Assembly: GCA_963825135.1 (NCBI GenBank)
Contig: CAWGRW010000009.1
Span: 2,176,001-2,240,000, forward strand
Length of the DNA: 64,000 nucleotides
Reading direction: 5' to 3'
Origin: an uncultured bacterium
GTDB lineage: Bacteria; Desulfobacterota_D; UBA1144; Nemesobacterales; UBA2774
Under the pieces are notes generated by a model. It did no database searches. It had not been told where the DNA came from and saw only the letters and a list, made by a program, of their open reading frames with translations. Positions 9,789 to 19,699 of this stretch are shown here, one piece after another (the first letter of the stretch is position 1; the number at the start of each line of letters is the position of its first letter). Both the position numbers and the translations under genes were made by a program.

Positions 9789-11704
9789 TCAGAACGTCCA
9801 TACTGCGCTTCATCGAGAAAAACTACAAGCACAAACCGCTTCTGGCCGTGATCGCGGAGGTGCTCATTTTCACGGGCATACTGTTCGCGTCCTACTGGAT
9901 AAGACTGGGCGGCATAAAGGCGAGCTACCTGCCCCAGATCCTGTTCCTCACCGCCGTATACATACCCATAAAGCTCTTCGTATTCTGGGCGTTCAGGCTC
10001 TACAGGGTTTCGTTCAGGTACTTTTCGCTTTTCGACCTCATCGAGGTCCTTAAAGCCGCCGTAGTCTCCGCTGCGTTCCTTTCCGTTATCGGAATGGTGT
10101 TCAGGGATTTCCCCGTGATGGAGAGCTATCCGAGGTCTGTCGTCTTCATCGACCTCCTCCTTACGTTCCTCGCCTCCGCGGGACTCCGTTTCGGGTACAG
10201 GATATTCTATACCTCCAATTACGGGTATCACGGCGGAATGAGGGTGCTCATCGCGGGAGCGGGGGACGCGGGCGTACGCCTTCTGAAAGAGATGCGGACG
10301 ACCTCGCGGCAGAACTCCTCATACATACCGGTAGCGTTCATCGACGACGACCCGGCGAAGACCGGGAGCATCATCCGGGGCACGAGGGTCGCGGGGAACA
10401 GGACGGACATCCCGAGGCTCGTAAAGGAGCTCGACATCGCGGGGCTGATAATCTCGATCCCTTCGGCTTCCGCCTCACAGGTAAGCGGTATAATCGAGTA
10501 TGCGAGGAGCGCGGGCGTAGAGCATATAAAGATTATGCCGTGTATCTCGGATGTGCTCGCGGGTAAGGTCACGATGGGCGATTTCAAGGAGGCTACGGCG
10601 GACGATTTTCTGGGAAGGGACTCGGTCAAATCGGAGATGGGCGGCATAGCCGCATATATAAAAGGCAAACGCGTCATGGTTACCGGGGCCGGGGGATCGA
10701 TAGGGTCGGAGCTATGCAGACAGGTTTCGAGCTTCGAGCCGGGGCTCCTGATAATGCTCGACGTGGGGGATACGGAGCTGTTCTATATCAATCAGGAGAT
10801 GCGGGATACGCTGAATCGGGTCCCCTCGGTCCCGGTAATCGCGGACGTGAAGGACCCGGTCGCGATGAAAGAAGTCTTCGATACCCATTCACCCGAGGTC
10901 GTATTCCACGCAGCGGCATACAAGCACGTCCCGCTTCTCGAAAACAGCCCCAGGGAAGCCGTTCTCAACAATATCGAGGGCACGAAAGTCACCGCACTGC
11001 TTTCCTCGGGCTTCGGCGTTGAGAAGTTCGTTTTTATCTCAACGGATAAGGCCGTTAACCCGACAAGCGTTATGGGGGCCACTAAGCGCGTCTCCGAGAA
11101 CATGCTCAGGGAGATAAACGGCGGCACCGAGTTCGTCTCGGTGCGGTTCGGCAATGTGCTCGACTCGAGGGGCAGCGTCATACCGATATTCAGGGACCAG
11201 GTGAGGAGGGGAGGGCCCGTGACGGTGACTCACCCCGACATGACGCGCTATTTCATGAGCATACACGAAGCGGTTTACCTCGTCCTTCAGGCGGGCGCTC
11301 TGGGGAGGGGAGGGGAGGTCTTCGTGCTCGACATGGGAGAGCCGGTCAGGATACTCGACCTCGCGCATAACATCATCCGGTTCTTCGGACTCGAGCCCGA
11401 CAAGGACGTGCCCATCGTTTTCACGGGGCTGAGGCCCGGGGAGAAGCTCTTCGAGGAGATACTCACCGCGGAGGAAGGAACGACCGTCACGAAGAGTAAA
11501 AAGATATTCATAGCGAACGACAGGAACCATTTCGGAAAGGAGTACATAGAGGAAGTGAAAGAGCTTATACGCGAAGCGCGGAGGGGCGCGCAGCGCGGGG
11601 TCCTGATGCACATGCTGAAAGAGCTCGTCCCGACGTATCAGGTCGAGCTGCCCGAGGCGGGGTACAGGGGGTTCGTGAAACTGAAATCGACCGCGGCAAG
11701 GTGA
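9785..11704 (+). CDS. membrane nucleoside-diphosphate sugar dehydratase (CapD/PglF/WbpM family)
   Basis: N-terminal TM helices, TGAGGSIGSEL, FHAAAYKHVP, STDKAVNP, RFGNVLDSRGSV, GLRPGEKL. Confidence 0.95.
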   Translation: MIRTSILRFIEKNYKHKPLLAVIAEVLIFTGILFASYWIRLGGIKASYLPQILFLTAVYIPIKLFVFWAFRLYRVSFRYFSLFDLIEVLKAAVVSAAFLSVIGMVFRDFPVMESYPRSVVFIDLLLTFLASAGLRFGYRIFYTSNYGYHGGMRVLIAGAGDAGVRLLKEMRTTSRQNSSYIPVAFIDDDPAKTGSIIRGTRVAGNRTDIPRLVKELDIAGLIISIPSASASQVSGIIEYARSAGVEHIKIMPCISDVLAGKVTMGDFKEATADDFLGRDSVKSEMGGIAAYIKGKRVMVTGAGGSIGSELCRQVSSFEPGLLIMLDVGDTELFYINQEMRDTLNRVPSVPVIADVKDPVAMKEVFDTHSPEVVFHAAAYKHVPLLENSPREAVLNNIEGTKVTALLSSGFGVEKFVFISTDKAVNPTSVMGATKRVSENMLREINGGTEFVSVRFGNVLDSRGSVIPIFRDQVRRGGPVTVTHPDMTRYFMSIHEAVYLVLQAGALGRGGEVFVLDMGEPVRILDLAHNIIRFFGLEPDKDVPIVFTGLRPGEKLFEEILTAEEGTTVTKSKKIFIANDRNHFGKEYIEEVKELIREARRGAQRGVLMHMLKELVPTYQVELPEAGYRGFVKLKSTAAR

Positions 11705-11762
11705 CGTCAGCCGCGTAAAGTAATCGCTCCAGCGTGAGCCGGCGCGATTTCATTAGCCATAG

Positions 11763-11814
11763 AGAGGCCAGGGCTGTGATACCTCAGACCACACGCCCGC
11801 GGCCTCTTTTTTTT
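11763..11814 (+). terminator. probable intrinsic terminator of the polysaccharide operon
   Basis: AGAGGCC...GGCCTCT stem followed by a T run. Confidence 0.45.
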
Positions 11815-11863
11815 ATTGACCGGATTCAGTCCGCCGCTTCGCGCCCCCCCCTGTTGAAGTGCC

Positions 11864-12013
<150 letters not shown>

Positions 12014-12320
12014 GTTTAAGACAGTTACTACCCTTCCAACGCACTGTGATTATTTGATGTTTGATTTCCCAATACCCCGATAAATACGACACTCCCAATT
12101 ATCACACTAGAAAACAACTAGAAGGACACACTATAACTATTAGTGTGAAGAATAACAAGAGTGTTCTGCACACCATCCGGTAGTGGGTCATTTTGAAATT
12201 TATGGGGGGGCAAGGGGAAGTGAGGTTGATAAATAATGATTACAGTGAATAGAAAATGATTGCAAAAGGCTACAGCGTGTCGTAAAATCAGTATATATTG
12301 ACCTAAGTGAGGATGATAAA

Positions 12321-12811
12321 ATGTTCAATCTCTGTGTTTTCTCTATAGTTTTCGTACTAACAGGCCTTATGATGCTCGTAGGTTTCGGGGAAGAAGCCTT
12401 TGGGCAGGGTGCGTGTAGTGCAGTTGCAATAAAAGAGGCCCCGGGAGGCAGCGGTGTCCAATTTCCATTCGAGGTCACATCGGACGGTAAGGAGCCTTTT
12501 ATTGCTAATATAGTCGGTGGAGGCTCGGATGGAGCACTTTTAATTCGAACGTTAGTGTGACCGAGCTGCCGTTAGCGGGATGGCAGCTCTCAGACATAGA
12601 ATGCGAGAATACGGGCGCGACAACATTTGAGATTACGGATAACGGTTTCACGGCCACATGTGACGGTGGCGGCGACGTCACCTGCGCTTTCACGAACGTG
12701 AGTGCTGTTTCGGAATTTCCGACTCTATCTGAGTGGGGGATGATCGCTATGGCTGGTATTTTGGGGATAGCTGGATTTATGGTTATACGCAGAAAGAGAG
12801 CAGTTGCATAA
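12321..12811 (+). pseudogene. IPTL-CTERM surface protein, split by a 1-bp deletion near 12536
   Basis: ORFs 12321..12560 and 12557..12811 join into a close homolog of 27540..28037; ends FPTLSEWGMI-TM-RRKR. Confidence 0.85.
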
Positions 12812-12855
12812 AGACATGGGATTTTACAATATCAATGTTTAAGGGGAGCCTCGGC

Positions 12856-13362
12856 ATGAAAAGAACTAACAGTTCTCTCAAAATACTTTCTGGTATTTTT
12901 GTTGTTGCGTTAATTATGATGATTTTTCCCAAATTGGGAGTATCCCAATCAGCTACTCTTGGTTGTTGTTATGATCATGATGCTAACAAATGTGTGGGAT
13001 GTGTCGGTAATTGCTCATTATCTGAAGAGTTGTGCGGTTCAAATTCATGGTATGTAAATGGGGATGAAGGTTATAAATGTGTTTTAGTACCTCCCGATCA
13101 GGATCAATCCTGTGAACCGGCTTCTGGTCTGGGTTGCTGTGAATATAATGAGAGAAACTGTGCAGACGATGTTGATTTCTCAGCTTGTAATGGAGTGGGT
13201 GAGGCTTGGTTCGAAAAGGAATCATGTTCCAATGTCTCCCAATGTTTGAAACTGGTACAAGCCCCAATACCAACACTGACACAATGGGGCTTCATTGCGC
13301 TGGGTGGAATATTGGTTTTAACAAGTTTATATGCGATCCGTCGCAGAATAGCGAATACATAA
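12856..13362 (+). CDS. Cys-rich IPTL-CTERM surface protein
   Basis: Signal peptide, two LGCC-containing Cys-rich units, IPTLTQWG-TM-RRR tail. Confidence 0.85.
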   Translation: MKRTNSSLKILSGIFVVALIMMIFPKLGVSQSATLGCCYDHDANKCVGCVGNCSLSEELCGSNSWYVNGDEGYKCVLVPPDQDQSCEPASGLGCCEYNERNCADDVDFSACNGVGEAWFEKESCSNVSQCLKLVQAPIPTLTQWGFIALGGILVLTSLYAIRRRIANT

Positions 13363-13381
13363 ATAGGACCGATAAATTTAG

Positions 13382-13410
13382 AAAAAGGGAGCCGAAGCTC
13401 CCTTTTTTTT
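13382..13410 (+). terminator. intrinsic (possibly bidirectional) terminator
   Basis: AAAAAGGGAGC-CGAA-GCTCCCTTTTTTTT. Confidence 0.85.
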
Positions 13411-13551
13411 GATACTTCTAACATTCATTATTCCAAGTAAATCTATTCAAAGCATTTGTGGATCAGTACAATAGCACCAATCTTCATTATTATGGAACTT
13501 TCGCTTAGAATCGAATATAATATAAAATTATTAATCGGAGTGAATCAGATT

Positions 13552-14039
13552 ATGGCAGGTGGAAAAGAGTTAGTTGAAAGTGATGTTGTGGATATTTCGA
13601 ATTACATTTCCCTGAAACAGTTCCCCCCGAAATTGCGTAAATTGGGAAAATATTTACTCCAAAGTGATCAACCCGTAACTATTATGGATGCTTGTAAGGC
13701 TATTGATGTGAAGTATGATAGCATTAGAAGTATGATTTATAAATCTAAACAAAATGGTAATGATTTCAATAGGTTTATAGCAGAACAAGCCGACATGATA
13801 CTTCATGCGGGGAAGGCAGAAGTTTACAAGGCCCTTCAGAAAGGAGCGGTTTCCGAAACGAGTACGAGCCATAATGATAGAAAAACCTACTTTCAGCTCA
13901 CCGGAGATTTGAAAGAGAACGCAAATATAAACACATCAATTACCCTTGCTATTGGTATTAATGTGAATGGAGTAATCCCCCAAGACGATCGGGAAAAGGG
14001 ACAATCGACATTGAGCCGATAATCCCGGCCGGGAAGTAG
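13552..14039 (+). CDS. putative terminase-small-subunit-like HTH protein (ORF as read ends at 14022; adding one G near 14000 gives ...TIDIEPIIPAGK*)
   Basis: HTH-like TIMDACKAIDVKYDSIRSMI then EVYKALQKGA...DRKTYFQLTG, reminiscent of phage TerS/phBC6A51-like proteins; recognition by eye only. Confidence 0.45.
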
Positions 14040-14065
14040 TTACAACAATTGTAATAAAAAATAGA

Positions 14066-14093
14066 ACGTCCTAGAAGTATATTTATGTAAAGT
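14066..14093 (+). other. dif-like XerC/XerD recombination site
   Basis: ACGTCCTAGAA-GTATAT-TTATGTAAAGT; each arm 10/11 identical to B. subtilis dif (ACTTCCTAGAA-TATATA-TTATGTAAACT). Confidence 0.75.
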
Positions 14094-14574
14094 GTACCGT
14101 AATCATTACATAATTATCTGACATTCTGCGCTGTTCACTACAATCCTTGTTTGACCTGTTAGCGGTATCTAGTTATATCAACTACTTATCCTAACCCGAC
14201 CTGTTAGCAAACCATACCGAACACGCCCAGGCGGGAGATCGTCCTGTCACCCCGGCGTAAAATGTCATTGGTGAGTTGATGGATAACTCCAAGGGCTTTT
14301 ATTTATTTTCCGGCTTGTTCCTTTGGAATATTTTTATACCCCCCCTTCTATTTTTTAGGGGCAGGGTGGGGTGTACCCCCGCCGCCCTACCTGGCCAGGG
14401 GGCGAGCAAGGGGGGTGGGAGTACAGGCGTAGGGTCCCATAGACGTACGGTTAAGATAAAAAATACTCAGGGTATTCAAATTAATAATTATGCTAAATTG
14501 ATGTTAAGCCATTGAAATTTAAAGTTAGTTCATGGTAAAGATAGAATAGATGTTGACCGAAGGGGGATATTAAT

Positions 14575-14874
14575 ATGAAAGAAAATGCTGGTTGCATATT
14601 CTACGTCATATATCTATTAATGGGTCTTGTCCAAATTTTCGCAATAGTAAAAGGTGTACAAATATGGTTTGGCCTGGAAGTGATATTGTCGTTTATTGTG
14701 GCTATTCTAATTACCTATATTCCAATCGTTGGTACAGTTGCCGGAATAATAGGCGCTTCAAAAGGATGGGGATGGAGCTATACTTGGGCGATTTTATTCT
14801 TTGGATGGCCCTACCTAATTTATCTAATTTTAATTTTATCTGTAGGGGTCAGTGATTTATTTCGTAGGAAATAG
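14575..14874 (+). CDS. small hypothetical membrane protein
   Basis: RBS AAGGGGG, 3-4 hydrophobic helices, YIPIVGTVAGIIGA..GWGW motif. Confidence 0.7.
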   Translation: MKENAGCIFYVIYLLMGLVQIFAIVKGVQIWFGLEVILSFIVAILITYIPIVGTVAGIIGASKGWGWSYTWAILFFGWPYLIYLILILSVGVSDLFRRK

Positions 14875-14941
14875 CTTTAGAGAAATACTTAAAAAGCTTC
14901 TTGTGTGAATATGAATCCTGACTTAATCTAAGACATAGGTC

Positions 14942-15613
14942 ATGTGTGGTCGGTTCGCACGTTCTACGGACAAGGAAGAGTTACAAAAGCGGTTCGGGTT
15001 CGATGATCCGAGTGGGATTCTTTTAAAACCGCGATACAACATAGCTCCATCTCAAATGCACCCCGTTGTGATTGTAGAACACGATCATAGAGTCCTTAAA
15101 TTGATGAAGTGGGGATTAGTGCCATTCTGGTCTAAAGATGAGAAAATCGGATACAAGATGATTAATGCCCGTTCAGAAGGAATTGAGAGTAAGCCCAGTT
15201 TCAGGGACCCATTCAAGAAAAGAAGGTGTCTGGTCTTATCTGATGGTTTCTATGAGTGGAAAAAGGTTGACGTTAAAACCAAAGTACCATACTTCATCAG
15301 GCTTAAATCAGGGGAGCCTTTTGCCTTCGCCGGTCTATGGGATACATGGGACAAGGGAAAAGAACCCCTTGATTCCTTCACCATAATCACAACCGAAAAC
15401 AATGAATTGATGGAGCCTATACATAACCGGATGCCCGTAATCCTGCATGAGAAGGATGAAGGGTTATGGCTCGATCCCGAGCTCAAGGACCCTGTGAAAA
15501 TAATACCCCTTCTTAAACCTTACCCGTCAGAAGAAATGGAACTATACGCAGTCTCTACGGTCGTAAATTCACCTAAGAATGACGTTCCGGATTGTATCGA
15601 GCCTGTATCTTAA
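14942..15613 (+). CDS. SOS response-associated peptidase (SRAP/YedK/HMCES), abasic-site protection
   Basis: MCGRF N-terminus, RYNIAP, WGLVP, INARSE, GFYEW, IHNRMP. Confidence 0.95.
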   Translation: MCGRFARSTDKEELQKRFGFDDPSGILLKPRYNIAPSQMHPVVIVEHDHRVLKLMKWGLVPFWSKDEKIGYKMINARSEGIESKPSFRDPFKKRRCLVLSDGFYEWKKVDVKTKVPYFIRLKSGEPFAFAGLWDTWDKGKEPLDSFTIITTENNELMEPIHNRMPVILHEKDEGLWLDPELKDPVKIIPLLKPYPSEEMELYAVSTVVNSPKNDVPDCIEPVS

Positions 15614-15626
15614 ATAGGAGAGTGAT

Positions 15627-16064
15627 ATGAGAATAACAGACATTGGAATTATGGACTTATCGCAAACCCAAAGCCTACCCTTAGCAAAGGTAAGAATCCC
15701 TTGTGGTACTGGTTTCCCTTCACCAGCCGATGATTATTTGGAAGAAAGGCTGGACTTGAATAAGCACCTGATTAAGCATCCAGCGGCGACGTATTACGCC
15801 CGCGCGGAAGGGGATAGCATGATAGGCGCGGGTATTTACCCTGGGGATATACTCATCGTTGATAAGGCCATTGATGAAGTAAAGGACAGAGTAATAGTTG
15901 CCTGGTTAAATGGGGAGTTCACGGTTAAGAGATACTACATAGATGACAGACTGGGGAAGGTTTATTTAGTTCCGGAAAACCCGCAATATTACCCCCACGA
16001 AATTACCCCGGAGATGGATTTTATGATCTGGGGAGTTGTAACTTACAACATTCACAAGCTATAA
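15627..16064 (+). CDS. umuD: translesion polymerase V accessory subunit (S24 autoprotease)
   Basis: GFPSPADDY, GDSM Ser, FTVKR Lys, WGVV. Confidence 0.92.
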   Translation: MRITDIGIMDLSQTQSLPLAKVRIPCGTGFPSPADDYLEERLDLNKHLIKHPAATYYARAEGDSMIGAGIYPGDILIVDKAIDEVKDRVIVAWLNGEFTVKRYYIDDRLGKVYLVPENPQYYPHEITPEMDFMIWGVVTYNIHKL

Positions 16065-16066
16065 AG

Positions 16067-16717
16067 ATGGATAATATCTGGTTAGAAAGGGTTGGGATTA
16101 TAATGAATTGTCTAGCTGGTTTCATGATAGCACCGGAGCTTATAGGAGATATAAGATTAATTAGGCTTAGTGATTGGATGCAAAAGTTCGTTAAAAAAAT
16201 ACAAGAATATCTTATCTGGGGACAACAAAATAATTGGACTGTTAGACAGGATTTCTTAATATCATATATGCTCCGATTAAATCCGCAACGAAAAAATCAA
16301 TCCCTACATACACAATATACCGTAGGATATACATTATTATTAATATTCTCTCTAACTTTATGGGCGGTAATATGGCTTTTCGTTCATTTATACGTTGAAA
16401 ACAATATCTTACTTTTGTACGCTTTTTGCGCATATAATACTTTTGTCCTTATTTCCATAATACTACTTCCACGAATAGCTGGTATATGGTCACCAGCCCG
16501 TCGTTTAGCAAGTCTCATATCTAACTCAGCCGAATTATACAGTGGGCTTGGTGTTGCTACTCTATATTTATTATCCGATGTCCTAAATTTAATACTCAAG
16601 TTTTTGTTTCATCAAGTCACACAGCATAAGTTTAGACATTTCGCTTGTTGCCGTTGGAATTGTAATGTATTTAGTGGGGAACCTACTCCAACTCGTTGCG
16701 ACATTCAAATAATATAA
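16067..16717 (+). CDS. hypothetical multi-pass membrane protein (probable frameshift near 16601; alternative end 16712)
   Basis: Several TM helices; other frame gives a final helix ISLVAVGIVMYLVGNLLQLVATFK*. Confidence 0.6.
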   Translation: MDNIWLERVGIIMNCLAGFMIAPELIGDIRLIRLSDWMQKFVKKIQEYLIWGQQNNWTVRQDFLISYMLRLNPQRKNQSLHTQYTVGYTLLLIFSLTLWAVIWLFVHLYVENNILLLYAFCAYNTFVLISIILLPRIAGIWSPARRLASLISNSAELYSGLGVATLYLLSDVLNLILKFLFHQVTQHKFRHFACCRWNCNVFSGEPTPTRCDIQII

Positions 16718-16728
16718 AGAGTAAGACT

Positions 16729-17991
16729 ATGAGGACTTATTATGCTCTGGTTGATTGCAACAATTTCTACGTATCCTGCGAACGGGTCTTTAATCCCGCT
16801 TTGAATGGTAAGCCTGTAATTGTTCTATCAAACAACGACGGCTGCGCAGTAGCTCTATCGAATGAAGCTAAACAGTACGTCGAAATGGGAGCTCCTATCT
16901 TCGAGCATATGGACATTGTGAGAAAGAACAGTATACAACTGTTTTCCAGCAATTATACTCTTTACGCGGATATGTCGCGCCGGGTGTATGAAGTATTGGC
17001 CGACTTCTCCCCGAACATTGAGAACTATTCTATTGATGAATCGTTCCTTTCCCTAGAAGGCTTTGAAAAACGCGATCTAACCTATTATGGAAGGGAGATA
17101 AGGGCGAAGGTTCTCAGGTGGACAGGAATCCCCGTATCAGTGGGAATCGCTCCTACAAAGACGCTGGCGAAGATCGCAAATAAACTGGCTAAAAAGAATA
17201 AGATGTGTCAAGGGGTATTGGATATAACAAATCACCCCAGGATCGATGATTTCCTTGCAAGCGTGGACGTGGGGGATGTTTGGGGGGTAGGCTGGCAATA
17301 TACCAGGCTTTTAAAAAGGCATGGGATAAACACAGCGCTCGATCTCAGAAACGCCCGTGACGGGTTTATAAGAAAGCATATGACGGTACAGGGCTTAAGG
17401 ACGGCTTGGGAGCTACGCGGGGAATCCTGCATTGAGTTGGAAGAAGTAACCCCGGACAAGAAGCAGATCGTGAGCTCGCGGTCATTCGGTAAGGACGTGG
17501 GAGAGTACAGAGAACTTTCTGAAGCAATAGCCACCTACGCAACCCGAGCGGCTGAAAAGCTACGGTCCCAAAACTCCATATGCGGTCATATATCCGTATG
17601 GATAGAAACCAACCGCTTTAAACCCAAGAACCCACAATACAGTAATGCAATCAGCTGTAGATTGCCGGAGCCAACGGCGTTTACTCCAATGCTTATAAAA
17701 TATGCCCTTTACCTGCTCAAGCGAATCTATCGAGACGGCTACGGGTACAAGAAAGCTGGGGTAGCGCTATTAGACATAGTTCCAGCCAATGAGACTCAGC
17801 TCAATCTTTTTATGAAAATTCACCACACTAAGAACAAAAACCTGATGTCGGCAATGGATAGCATTAATTCACAGTGGGGTAGGGAAACAGTAAGGTCGGG
17901 GGCATCGGGTTATGAAAGGCCGTGGGGTATGAAAAGGGCGATGTTATCAAAGAGATATACAACTAGATGGGGTGAATTACTGGAGGTTTAA
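16729..17991 (+). CDS. umuC: Y-family DNA polymerase V catalytic subunit
   Basis: ALVDCNNFYVSCER, LSNNDGC, YSIDESF, KTLAKIAN, SRSFG, C-terminal W.MKR..LS.RYTTRW (DUF4113-like). Confidence 0.95.
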   Translation: MRTYYALVDCNNFYVSCERVFNPALNGKPVIVLSNNDGCAVALSNEAKQYVEMGAPIFEHMDIVRKNSIQLFSSNYTLYADMSRRVYEVLADFSPNIENYSIDESFLSLEGFEKRDLTYYGREIRAKVLRWTGIPVSVGIAPTKTLAKIANKLAKKNKMCQGVLDITNHPRIDDFLASVDVGDVWGVGWQYTRLLKRHGINTALDLRNARDGFIRKHMTVQGLRTAWELRGESCIELEEVTPDKKQIVSSRSFGKDVGEYRELSEAIATYATRAAEKLRSQNSICGHISVWIETNRFKPKNPQYSNAISCRLPEPTAFTPMLIKYALYLLKRIYRDGYGYKKAGVALLDIVPANETQLNLFMKIHHTKNKNLMSAMDSINSQWGRETVRSGASGYERPWGMKRAMLSKRYTTRWGELLEV

Positions 17992-18003
17992 TAGGAGCGA
18001 ATT

Positions 18004-18937
18004 ATGTATGAAAAACCATATGACATTGTTAAAAGAGAGTTCAATAATAAAGAATTTGTGGGTTATCTTGAACTAGTATCTGGCAAGCTCGACCTACTTG
18101 TGAATTTTGGCTCATGGTTGTTTATGTGGTGTTCTAAAGATAATAGATTATTACCTGATGAGAAAATTGTATTATTGCTTATATTACGCAGAGTCTTAGA
18201 ATTGACCGACGCTATTTCTATTCTGATTAAGAAATCTTCAATTGACTCATGCAAGATATTGCTCAGATCATTATTAGAAACATATTTTGAGACGGAGTAT
18301 CTATTGAGCAAAGAGTCGGATAAAAGATCAAAATGCTACATAGTATGGTACTTGAATCAAGTATTAAAGTTAAAATACAGTTTCGCTCCGGAATCGAAAG
18401 AAGGTAAATTGTTTTATGAAGCTGTTAATCAAGATAAGTTTATAAATCGTATGACTCCGTTTAAGCCGGGAAAACTTAGATCGAATAATATCAGAACATA
18501 TCAATTTACTAAATGAATATGATGATATTAACGATGAGTATAACAAGACTCTAATGAAACAAAAGGGAAGATATTTTCCTTGGTATGCAATGTTTAATGG
18601 GCCAACTAATTTTAGGGATTTATCCGCTGTTGTTAATTTATTAGGATTATATGAACTATTGTTTCGTTATCTATCTAAATCAACTCACAATTCGGACATA
18701 TTTGAAGGTGTATTGAGAGAATCTGAAATTGAGAACTTTATTAATGTAGTACAGATACGATCCCCAAAAGATTTACAATTTGTAAAAACTTACACGTTTA
18801 CATTCGCATTGGGAATTTATAATTTATTGATCGATAAATTTTTTCCAAATAGTTTATATGCGAAACAACAACTAGGTTATTTCTATGAAAAAGAACTCAA
18901 AGATTTCTATACTGGGAATGTGAAGATTAATATGTAA
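18004..18937 (+). pseudogene. DUF5677-like helical protein, split by an extra G near 18469
   Basis: ILLRSLLETY motif in the first half, YELLFRYLSKSTH in the second; frames join across the GGG run. Confidence 0.55.
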
Positions 18938-18968
18938 AATTACAAATTTAAACCAAAGTAGTAATTTT

Positions 18969-19193
18969 CTATGACGTACATTCTCCTTCGCAGGATTCAT
19001 ATTCGTCTTTAGCATCGTCGATACAACTTTTTAGCATAGAATCATCGTCTGGATCATCACCCCACATTATCTTGCAACTATCTACTTCTGATTCGTATTC
19101 GTTTTTACAATCAGTAATACATCCGGCCATTACCGGGATAGCTAGATAATCGAGAGCTATTAATATCGAACTTACGAGAATTATGTATTTCAT
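18969..19193 (-). CDS. small secreted Cys-rich acidic protein
   Basis: Signal peptide and 6 Cys in two EYES-containing helical repeats. Confidence 0.65.
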   Translation of the reverse strand: MKYIILVSSILIALDYLAIPVMAGCITDCKNEYESEVDSCKIMWGDDPDDDSMLKSCIDDAKDEYESCEGECTS

Positions 19194-19359
19194 ATTGATT
19201 CAACAATGCCACAGTTTAATGTAACTCGCAAATGATGCTAAGTAATTCTATATTTCCATAATAGATGATATATTGATAATTAACTATTTGCATAGTTGAA
19301 TCGAAGGAAGTAATATTTGTTTTATAATGGCACATTAGAACAGATTTCTACTGCTTTTT

Positions 19360-19689
19360 GTGTTCATATTATTACTGCCAGCTACCTGCCTACACGCATC
19401 AGAAAGACCTGACTTCGATTCATACGAAGAAGCAATTGTTTGGGTTCGCGGTAATAATAATTTCACAAAGGATTCGGTGGATACTTCCAAGAGCTCCTGG
19501 ATCAGAGCAGCCGAATATTATACCGATAGTTCGGGGGATGGTTTTCTTAACTTGAATATGAAAGGACAAGAATACATTTGGGAAGGTGTACCGATAGATA
19601 TTTGTAAGGGCTTCAAGAATGCTGATTCATTCGGGAAATATTATCATCGGTATATAAAGGGGAAATATTATATGGAGTTGGGGAATTGA
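19360..19689 (+). CDS. KTSC domain protein with N-terminal hydrophobic stretch
   Basis: SSWIRAAEY...YIWEGVP...FKNADSFGKYYHRYIKGKY; an in-frame ATG at 19327 is cut off by TAG. Confidence 0.75.
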   Translation: MFILLLPATCLHASERPDFDSYEEAIVWVRGNNNFTKDSVDTSKSSWIRAAEYYTDSSGDGFLNLNMKGQEYIWEGVPIDICKGFKNADSFGKYYHRYIKGKYYMELGN

Positions 19690-19699
19690 GTACGAATAT

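Noticed and set aside
14875..14941. LexA/SOS box upstream of SRAP-umuDC
   Set aside because: No palindrome matching a LexA box that I can recognise; the motif for this lineage is unknown to me.
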